Source: an uncultured Desulfohalobiaceae bacterium
GTDB lineage: Bacteria; Desulfobacterota; Desulfovibrionia; Desulfovibrionales; CAZUBS01
Assembly: GCA_964594925.1 (NCBI GenBank)
Contig: CAZQOG010000002.1
Location: 389 to 64,388, forward strand
DNA length: 64,000 bases
Reading direction: 5' to 3'
Shown: piece by piece, positions 57,083-64,000 of the stretch
How the letters are laid out: each line of letters starts with the position of its first letter
Numbering within the stretch: the stretch's first letter is position 1
Translations under genes and position numbers: made by a program
Notes under the pieces: generated by a model
The model's input: the letters and a program-made list of their open reading frames with translations, nothing else
What the model was told of the DNA's origin: nothing
Database searches by the model: none

Positions 57083-58501
57083 TCACAAATACGGCGTAAA
57101 CAACCAGCACAGCGCATCCCGCACCCGCACCGGCAGGGGCCTTGAGTCCACCTCCTCCAGGGTGACCTCCCTGGACCTGGCGCGCACGCTCTCGAAGTGG
57201 TCGGCGAGTTCCCCGGCCAGCCCGCGGTGGAAGACCTCGACCCCGAACTCGAAGTTGAGGCGCATGCTGCGGTTGTCGATGTTGGCCGATCCCACCAGGG
57301 TGTAGAGGTCGTCCACCAGGAAGATCTTGGAGTGGGCAAAAGGGGGGGGCTGCTCATAGACGCGCACCCCCCGTTCCAAAAGCTCCCAGAGCAGGTTGCG
57401 CGAGGCCCACTTCACAAAGGGCAGGTTGTTCTTCTCCGGCAGGATCACGGCCACGTCCACCCCGCGCAGGGAGGCCGCGTTGAGGCTGGCGATGAGGTCG
57501 CGGGAGGGCAAAAAGTACGGGGTCATGATCGAGATGCGCGACCGGGCCGCGGACACGGCCCCTTCGATGATCAGGGCCAATCGGTTGATCTCGTGGTTGG
57601 GTCCGTCCATGACCGCCCGGCACTGAGCCTCCCCGGCAGGCGCAACCGGCCGCCCCGGTTCGTCGCTCCCCCCGTTGCAGAAGTTCCAGTCGTTGAGGAA
57701 GGCCGCCTCCAACTGAGCGGCCACCGGACCCTGGAAGCGGAAGTGCACGTCCACGACCCTGGAGGGGTTGGCGCTGTGAGCTGCCAGGTGGCGATCCCCT
57801 ATGTTCATGCCGCCCGTGAAGGCCACGGAGGTGTCGGCCACCAGTATCTTGCGGTGGTTGCGCAGGTTGAGGGCCAGGGTCAGGGGGTTGCGCCAGGGCG
57901 GGAGGAACCTGGCCATGCGCAGCCCCCGCTTGGCGAGCAGGCGCCCGGCCAGGGGCAGGGAGTAGAGCTCCCCGATGCCGTCCAGGATGACCCGCACGTC
58001 CACCCCTCTGTCCGCGGCTGCAGCCAGGGCGTCGATGAACCGTCGCCCGGTCCGGTTGGACTCGAAGATGTAGGTGGAGAGAAAGACACGCCTGCGTGCG
58101 GACTCGATGGCCTGAAGCATGGCCGGATAGGCCTGCTCGCCGTTGTGCAGCACGTCCACCTGGTTGCCCCGGACCAGGGGCAGCCCGGTCACGGCGTCGG
58201 AAATGCGCTGCAGGCCCTGGTAGGCATCGGAGACCAGGGGCTGGGGGTCAGCTTTGTCCTCTGCCAGGCGCACGGCCTCCAGGGCCCCGTCCCTGAGTGT
58301 CTCAAGCTTCCTGGCCTTGGTCCTGACCCGGTTGATGCCGAACAGGAGGTAGAGCAGCGGGCCGAAGACCGGGAACACCAGGCAGACGGCGATCCAGCCC
58401 AGTGAGGCCCGGGGGTCGCGCTTGTAGAGCAGGGCGTGCAGCGCTGTCCCGGCGGAAAAGAGCAGGGACAGAGCCACCAGCACCCAGTTGATGTAGGGCA
58501 T
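57083..58501 (-). CDS. cls: cardiolipin synthase (PLD superfamily)
   Basis: 472-aa ORF with two N-terminal TM helices. Two HKD motifs (NHRKILVAD and AHSKIFLVDD). Confidence 0.92.
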   Translation of the reverse strand: MPYINWVLVALSLLFSAGTALHALLYKRDPRASLGWIAVCLVFPVFGPLLYLLFGINRVRTKARKLETLRDGALEAVRLAEDKADPQPLVSDAYQGLQRISDAVTGLPLVRGNQVDVLHNGEQAYPAMLQAIESARRRVFLSTYIFESNRTGRRFIDALAAAADRGVDVRVILDGIGELYSLPLAGRLLAKRGLRMARFLPPWRNPLTLALNLRNHRKILVADTSVAFTGGMNIGDRHLAAHSANPSRVVDVHFRFQGPVAAQLEAAFLNDWNFCNGGSDEPGRPVAPAGEAQCRAVMDGPNHEINRLALIIEGAVSAARSRISIMTPYFLPSRDLIASLNAASLRGVDVAVILPEKNNLPFVKWASRNLLWELLERGVRVYEQPPPFAHSKIFLVDDLYTLVGSANIDNRSMRLNFEFGVEVFHRGLAGELADHFESVRARSREVTLEEVDSRPLPVRVRDALCWLFTPYL

Positions 58502-58522
58502 GTTCTCAGCGAATTGTCAGGT

Positions 58523-61500
58523 TCAGTCCACGGTGTCCAGCGAAAAGCTCACCTCGGGTGTGCCGTCCTCACCCAGGACCTCGGGAGGGCGCATGGTGAT
58601 CCTCTCCTGGTCCAGCCCTCCCTGCTCGGTGAGCACATGGGCCACGGTCCGGGCTCGTTGCAGGCCCAGGGCTTCCAAGGCCCCCTCGGACAGCTCCTGG
58701 GCCTCCCTGAGACGCTCGAAGAGCTCCCGGGCCAGTCGCTCGTTGCCCCTGCCCTCGGCAAACTCCGTGGCATTCTGGTCCGCTTCGGCCGTAAGTGACC
58801 GGACCAGCTCGTTCATGGTGCCGAAGCCGAAACGCTCCCCGTACAGGGCCTTGAGCGTGTCCAGAACGGTGCGGCTCTCCAGGTTCACAGGCCCGGGGTC
58901 CTCTCCCGCCTCCAGCTGACGGCCCACCTTCCCGGCCATCTGGCGGCGCAGCATCAGGTCACGGAGCGCCCTGGCGTCTGCCTCGGGCTCCCAGCGTCCC
59001 TGCACTGTGAGGGCGAGCTCGGGGCGCTCGGCCAGGGCCTGGGCCAGCTGGACGGCCTTTTCCTGCTCGGGGGGCGGCAGGTCGGAGCGGCCCGGCTCGA
59101 AGGAGACTGAGTCGATGTCGTCCGAGCCCAGGTCGGGCAGCAGGGCCCCCAGGATGCGAAAGGGCGAGGTCACGATCTTGGTCAGCAGGTTGAAGATGGC
59201 CCGTCCGATGAGGTGGCCGAAGCCGAACTCCGGGTCGTTCAGGTCTCCCTTGACGGGCAGCCCGATGTCGATGGTGCCGCTGCTGTCCTTGAGCAGTGCC
59301 ACGGCCAGCTTGAGGGGCAGGTTCACGGCCTGTTCGCTCTGCACCTCCTCCCCCAGGGTGAGCTCCTCGACCACGATTTCGTTCTCCCCCTGCAGGGTGG
59401 CGTTTAGGATGTTGTACTCCAGATCCAGGTAGAGCTTGCCCGAGGCGATCTTGCGGCCGGCAAAGGTTGCCGTATAGGGGTTCAGGGTGGTCATGGATAC
59501 GTTTTCAAAGACCACGGTGACATCGGTGAAGCGCTTGGGGTCGAAGAAGTCCATGCTGCCCTTGATGGTGGACACGCCGTACTGGTCGACCTGCCCGTCG
59601 AGATCGATGCTTGCTTCTGCCCCGGATGTGGAGGTGATCTCGCTGACCATTCCCTTGAGGTCGTGGATGGTGCTCGAGAATGGGAGAACCAGGCTCCGGT
59701 CGGTGAAGTCCAGGGTTCCATCGGAGATCCGCAGGGAACCAACACTGACTGGAAAGGGGTCTGCACCGGACGGTTCGGTGGGAGGCGGCTCTGCCGGAGC
59801 TGTGGCATTGCCCTCCCTGGTCTTGAAGACTTCGACCACATTGACCCTTTTTTCCTCGTCGATGATCAGCCGTCCCCGGGGCTCGGTGAGCTGGACCTCG
59901 CCGATTGTCAGCCCGTGTGGCTGCAGGGCCAGGCGAAAAGAATCGGTGTGCAGACGTTTCCACCCCAGCAGGGTGGCGTTGGCCTCCCGTTCCACGATGT
60001 TCAGGTCGTCCACCCCGAGCTCGGCGTCAAGCTCCAGAGGAAAGCCTTCCCCCTCCCCCCCGGCATTCAGGCCGGCGTCAAGGGTCAGGGTGCCGGAGCG
60101 CAGGTCCACCAGGGCCACCGAGTCGATGTAGGGCTGGGCCGGCAGCAGGGACAGATCCTTCAGGCTGACCCCGGCCTGCACCTGCCCCGAATCGGGGTCG
60201 ACCGTACCGTTGGCGCTGAAGGAGCCGCCCTGCTCCACAGTGAAGGACATGGAGAGGGGAAAAGTGTCGGTGGTGGTGACCTGCAGGGCTTCTGCAGAGA
60301 GGTCGGCAAGGGAAAGGATCGGTGCGTCGGCCTGCACGGTCCTGTCCGCATAGTCGATGGAAAAACCCGAAACCCCGGCCCGCTCCAGGGAGGCCTGCCA
60401 CTTTTCGGCTGCTTCGGTGCCCTCGGAGGAGGGCTCTTCTGTCCTGGTGGCATTGGCAGCTGTGAGCAGGGCCGCCCAGTTGATCCCCTCGCTGCTTCGC
60501 AGGACCTGGAGTGATCCGTCGGTGACGAGCAGCTGTCCGGCCGTGAGGGAGCGCTTTGCGAGATCGAAGTTCCCTCCGTCCAGGCCGAGGCTGGATATGG
60601 TCAGCTCGGGTCGGCTGCCCAGCGGACCCGCCTCGATGCCCTGCAGGTCCACCCGGGCAGAGCTGACCAGGGCCTGGAGCTGGGAGCCGGTGCGCAGGGA
60701 AGCTGCAAAGGACGCGGACGAGTCAGCCAGCCGCACCTGCAGGGGCAGGGTGCGGCTCTGATCTTCGACCTTCAGGCCCAGGTGATCGAGGGTCACCTCT
60801 TCAAAGACGATCTCCCACGGGGCGGCTTCGGCCGTTTCGTCGGGGCCGGCTTGGTCCTCACCGGGGCGTGTTGCGGGCTGCCAGGCCCGGGACAGGTTGA
60901 GGGTCCCGTCCCTGGACAGCAGGACGTCCAGGGTTGCGTTGGCAAAGCCAAGTGCGGGGATGTCCAGGCGCCTGGCCGCCAGGTCGAAGGAACCGTTGTC
61001 CAGCATGACCCGGCCCAGCTCGAGAAAGGGCTGCCCGGCTTGGGGCAGGCTCAGGGCCAGGTTGTTCAGTGCCGCGCTGATGTCCCGGCATTGGAAGGTG
61101 ACATCCGCCCCCTTGGTATCCAGGACATACTCGGTCTCCAGGTCCAGGGTTCCCTGGGGAGGCGCGGTGTTCAGGCTGGAGAGCAGAAACTCCTGCAGGG
61201 TTTCGGTCCGGATATTTTCAAAGGACAGCGTGCCGTTGGAGGAGAACGGGGTCAGGAGAAGGACCCCTGTCCAGGTCAGGGACTCCTCCCGGCCCGTTGT
61301 GGCCTGCAGCGTGTATGGGCCTTCCCGATCGGGCAGGGTGGACAGGTTGGCCAGCTCCAGGTCGATGGGGTCGAAGGCGATCGCCGCAGGCGGTGACTGG
61401 CGCAGATTGTCAAACTCCAGGGTGCCGTTGCTCACTTCGATGTGGTGCAGCAGCAACCGGAGGGGGTCGCCGTTTGCGTCTTCAGTGCGCCCGGCGTCCT

Positions 61501-61906
61501 GGGTGGCGTTGTCCGCCCGGCTCAGCCGGGACAGGTTGAGGTTGCCGTTCTCCATCAGGACCAGGCCCAGGTAGGGCTTGTCCAGGCTGACCTGCTTGAA
61601 GGTCAGGGCCCAGCGGAAGAGGCTGGAGAGCTGGAAGTTGAGGTACAGTCGATGAAACCCGGCAAATGGAGTCTTATCCGGAAAGCCGATGCGGAAGTCC
61701 CTGGCCTCGATGGAAAGGACAAAGGGGTTGATGTTCACCTCCCCCAGCTCCACTTGGCAGTTGTAGCGCTCCTCCAGGGCCTCGGGCGCCTGGTTGGCCA
61801 CCAGTGCAGGGGCGATGAAGAAGCCGAAGACGGTGTACAAAGCCAGCAGGCCGGCTGCAGCGGGCAGCATCCATTTCCAGGGGGGGCGGGTCAGAAAATT
61901 CTTCAT
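58523..61906 (-). CDS. DUF748 domain-containing large envelope protein (AsmA-like)
   Basis: ORF track 58523..61936, trimmed to ATG 61906 (MKNFLTRPPWKWMLPAAAGLLALYTVFGFFIAPALV). N-terminal anchor plus long beta-rich repeats, as I recall for DUF748 proteins. Confidence 0.75.
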   Translation of the reverse strand: MKNFLTRPPWKWMLPAAAGLLALYTVFGFFIAPALVANQAPEALEERYNCQVELGEVNINPFVLSIEARDFRIGFPDKTPFAGFHRLYLNFQLSSLFRWALTFKQVSLDKPYLGLVLMENGNLNLSRLSRADNATQDAGRTEDANGDPLRLLLHHIEVSNGTLEFDNLRQSPPAAIAFDPIDLELANLSTLPDREGPYTLQATTGREESLTWTGVLLLTPFSSNGTLSFENIRTETLQEFLLSSLNTAPPQGTLDLETEYVLDTKGADVTFQCRDISAALNNLALSLPQAGQPFLELGRVMLDNGSFDLAARRLDIPALGFANATLDVLLSRDGTLNLSRAWQPATRPGEDQAGPDETAEAAPWEIVFEEVTLDHLGLKVEDQSRTLPLQVRLADSSASFAASLRTGSQLQALVSSARVDLQGIEAGPLGSRPELTISSLGLDGGNFDLAKRSLTAGQLLVTDGSLQVLRSSEGINWAALLTAANATRTEEPSSEGTEAAEKWQASLERAGVSGFSIDYADRTVQADAPILSLADLSAEALQVTTTDTFPLSMSFTVEQGGSFSANGTVDPDSGQVQAGVSLKDLSLLPAQPYIDSVALVDLRSGTLTLDAGLNAGGEGEGFPLELDAELGVDDLNIVEREANATLLGWKRLHTDSFRLALQPHGLTIGEVQLTEPRGRLIIDEEKRVNVVEVFKTREGNATAPAEPPPTEPSGADPFPVSVGSLRISDGTLDFTDRSLVLPFSSTIHDLKGMVSEITSTSGAEASIDLDGQVDQYGVSTIKGSMDFFDPKRFTDVTVVFENVSMTTLNPYTATFAGRKIASGKLYLDLEYNILNATLQGENEIVVEELTLGEEVQSEQAVNLPLKLAVALLKDSSGTIDIGLPVKGDLNDPEFGFGHLIGRAIFNLLTKIVTSPFRILGALLPDLGSDDIDSVSFEPGRSDLPPPEQEKAVQLAQALAERPELALTVQGRWEPEADARALRDLMLRRQMAGKVGRQLEAGEDPGPVNLESRTVLDTLKALYGERFGFGTMNELVRSLTAEADQNATEFAEGRGNERLARELFERLREAQELSEGALEALGLQRARTVAHVLTEQGGLDQERITMRPPEVLGEDGTPEVSFSLDTVD

Positions 61907-61946
61907 GGCCGGTTGCTCCTCTTCTCCATACCACACCGTATGCTTT

Positions 61947-61996
61947 ACCAGGGCTGAGATAAAGAGCCGGTGCCCCGCCGTGGAAGCAGCCCTGGT
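61947..61996. other. 10-bp perfect inverted repeat between the USP and DUF748 genes
   Basis: accagggctg (61947-61956) and cagccctggt (61987-61996), with a 30-nt loop. Confidence 0.5.
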
Positions 61997-62018
61997 TCGG
62001 GAAAACCGCCGCCGCGGA

Positions 62019-62900
62019 TCAGGGGGCCGGGGGCGGGACCACCAGCACGGAGCAGGGGGCCAGCTCCAGGAGCCGCTCGGTCACGCTGCCCATGAGCAGG
62101 CGGGTCAGGCCGGTGCGGCCGTGGGAGCCGACCACCACCAGCCCGGCCCGCAGCTCCTGGGCCACCTCGGCGATCTGCTCGGCGGGACGACCGCGCCGGA
62201 TGATGGGCTGCTTCAGGCTCACCCCGACGGCCTCGGCCGTGCTGCGGACCTGGTCCAGAACCTGCTCCGCCGCCTGGTCCATGGAGGCCGCGGCCCGGCT
62301 GGGAAGGGGGGCCACGTCGAGCCGGGAGGGGCCGGCTGTGACGCTCAGGGCCAGGAGCCGGGAGTCCCGGGAGCTGCACAGGGTCACGGCCCTGTCCACG
62401 GCCCGGTCCGCGTACTCGGAGCCGTCCGTGGCCACCAGCACGGGGTCAAGGACCAGGGGGACGCCTTCCGGGATCATGAGCACGTCGCGGTGGGCAAAGC
62501 CGATGACCCGGGAGGTGGTGCTGCCGAGGAACCGGCGCCGGACCGCACCCTCGTGCTTGGCCCCGAGCACGATCACCGAGGCCCTGGTCTGGGCGGCCAG
62601 GTCCACGATGCGCTCGTGGGGGTGGCCGTGCTGCAGGGAGACCTCAGCCTCGATGCCCGCCTCCCGCGCCGTGTCCCGGTAGTCCTGCAGCACCCGCATC
62701 AGGGCCTGGGCCATGTTCTGCTCGTCCTCCACCAGCTGGTCCGTGACGGTCGCCCCCTGGTAGTCCACGGACAATGGGGGCACCACCCCCGCCAGGGTCA
62801 GGCGCATGTCCTTCCCGCCATGGTCGATGAGTTGGCTGAGGGCATGCAGGCTGGCGGGCGAGCCGTCGATGCAGCACAGAGGCGAGGCAAGCAGGGGCAT
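62019..62900 (-). CDS. tandem universal stress protein
   Basis: 293-aa ORF behind GAAGGAGGA. Two USP halves each ending in a G-x2-G-x9-G(S/T)-type block (VLGAKHEGAVRRRFLGSTTSRV; VVGSHGRTGLTRLLMGSVTERL). Confidence 0.8.
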   Translation of the reverse strand: MPLLASPLCCIDGSPASLHALSQLIDHGGKDMRLTLAGVVPPLSVDYQGATVTDQLVEDEQNMAQALMRVLQDYRDTAREAGIEAEVSLQHGHPHERIVDLAAQTRASVIVLGAKHEGAVRRRFLGSTTSRVIGFAHRDVLMIPEGVPLVLDPVLVATDGSEYADRAVDRAVTLCSSRDSRLLALSVTAGPSRLDVAPLPSRAAASMDQAAEQVLDQVRSTAEAVGVSLKQPIIRRGRPAEQIAEVAQELRAGLVVVGSHGRTGLTRLLMGSVTERLLELAPCSVLVVPPPAP

Positions 62901-63009
62901 GGGAGTCCTCCTTCACGGTTTGAGGTAGACGGCAAAATACAGCATACCCGCTTTTGAGAAGGGAAGTCACCCCCCCCTGAGAAAAGCAGAGAACAAGCAA
63001 CCACCCCCC

Positions 63010-64000
63010 TTAAGCAAAAACGATCAAGGGCTTGATAATCCCGTCCTCCTTGGTCTTCATCATCTCGAAGGGGCGCTCGATCTCCTCGAAGGGGAAGGTG
63101 TGGGTGGTCATGCGTGTGGGGTCGACCCGCCCGTTCTCCAGCAGCCGCAACAGCCGTACCAGCCGAACCCTGCCGCCGGGGCACAGCCCGGTGCGGATGG
63201 TCTTGTCGGACATGCCCACGCCCCAGGCCAGGCGGGGGATCTTCACATACTCGCCCTCCCCGAAGTAGCCGGCCACGGAGATGGTGCCCCCGGGCCTGGT
63301 GACCTTGACGCAGTTCTCAAAGGTCACCTGGGCCCCCAGGGCCTCGATGGCGGCGTCCACTCCCTGGCCGCCCGTGAGGCGCAGGATCTCCTCCACAGGG
63401 TCGGTCTCTTTGTAGTTGACCACCAGGTCGGCGCCGTAGTGGCGGGAAAGCTCCACCCGGTCGGGGTCACTACCCACGGTGATGATCAGGCCGGCCCCCA
63501 GATACTTGGCGCCCACCGTGCCCATCAGCCCCACCGGCCCTTGGGCGAAGACCGCCACCGTGCCCCCCATGGGGATGGCGGCGTTTTCCGCGCTCATGAA
63601 CCCTGTGGACATCATGTCGGCCACGTAGACCGCGGCCTCGTCCGGAACGCTGTCCGGGATGCGGGCCAGGTTGGCCTGGGCGTCGTTGACGTGGAAGTAG
63701 GGGGCGAAGACCCCGTCCTTGAGATTGGCGAACTTCCACCCCCCGAGCATGTCCGTGCACTGGGAGGTGTGGCCGCGCAGGCAGTTGCCGCACTTGAAGC
63801 AGGGCGTGATGGCGCTGACCGCCACCCTGTCCCCCGCCTCGAATCCCTGCACCTCGCTGCCCACGGCGTGCACCACCCCCACGGCCTCGTGGCCCAGGGT
63901 CAGGTCGGTACGTTCGCCGATGGCCCCGCCCACAGTGTGGGTGTCCGAGGTGCAGACCAGGGCCCGGGTGGTCTTGACCACGGCGTCGTTGGGTCCGGGT
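63010..64000 (-). CDS. adh: NADP-dependent secondary (isopropanol-type) zinc alcohol dehydrogenase; N-terminal roughly 20 codons beyond the window
   Basis: The frame stays open to the window end (…PGPNDAVVKTTRALVCTSDTHTV…GHEAVGVV…). It is nearly collinear with my recollection of Thermoanaerobacter brockii/C. beijerinckii secondary ADH, ending …IKPLIVFA. Confidence 0.9.
   Translation of the reverse strand, partial: PGPNDAVVKTTRALVCTSDTHTVGGAIGERTDLTLGHEAVGVVHAVGSEVQGFEAGDRVAVSAITPCFKCGNCLRGHTSQCTDMLGGWKFANLKDGVFAPYFHVNDAQANLARIPDSVPDEAAVYVADMMSTGFMSAENAAIPMGGTVAVFAQGPVGLMGTVGAKYLGAGLIITVGSDPDRVELSRHYGADLVVNYKETDPVEEILRLTGGQGVDAAIEALGAQVTFENCVKVTRPGGTISVAGYFGEGEYVKIPRLAWGVGMSDKTIRTGLCPGGRVRLVRLLRLLENGRVDPTRMTTHTFPFEEIERPFEMMKTKEDGIIKPLIVFA

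Overview
GC-rich chromosomal segment whose gene content points to an anaerobic Desulfovibrionales-like deltaproteobacterium: a tungsten-type AOR, FeoAB, and an ATGCAAC-type Zur box. The taxon is an inference. I can support about 53 protein genes and one tRNA-Val. The many long ORFs antisense to these genes are GC-driven shadows.

Layout:
- 1-376: start of cstA.
- 0.8-8.9 kb: amidase, FMN-dependent dehydrogenase, and a set of MTase, B12-radical-SAM, DUF2064 and GT2 genes, followed by an RfaE-II-like gene and a USP.
- 8.9-18.6 kb (minus strand): a catabolic operon of AOR, GabT, thiolase, M20 deacylase and CoA-transferase A/B. It is headed by a 779-aa ORF that fuses a catalytically dead IS481-type transposase domain to a class-III aminotransferase.
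- 19.1-27.2 kb: a divergent Pot-type ABC transporter followed by a proline-racemase-family gene, an amidohydrolase and a TIGR00300-like gene.
- 27.4-34.8 kb: housekeeping block of merR-like, pheT, pheS, rplT, rpmI, infC, thrS and tRNA-Val.
- 35.2-43 kb: metal genes (feoAB, DUF1007/NicO, copZ/copA).
- 43.1-52.5 kb: pncA, then malQ-treY-GH57-treZ.
- 52.7-57 kb: a GH3 lipoprotein and zur-znuBCA with its operator.
- 57-64 kb: cls, a DUF748 giant protein, a USP and a partial secondary alcohol dehydrogenase.

The structure that the genes do not explain is a dense population of short tandem arrays confined to intergenic DNA. These are GAAG-type heptads, AAGGATG heptads and GATAGGACC nonamers. They are usually arranged as inverted pairs starting right at stop codons. 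Also unexplained are a 125-nt near-perfect palindrome, a 42-bp perfect palindrome and an orphan intrinsic terminator upstream of feoA.

My best candidates for something undescribed are the transposase-aminotransferase fusion with its two flanking operons, and the tandem-array hairpin system. All family assignments come from motif recognition by eye; no searches were run.
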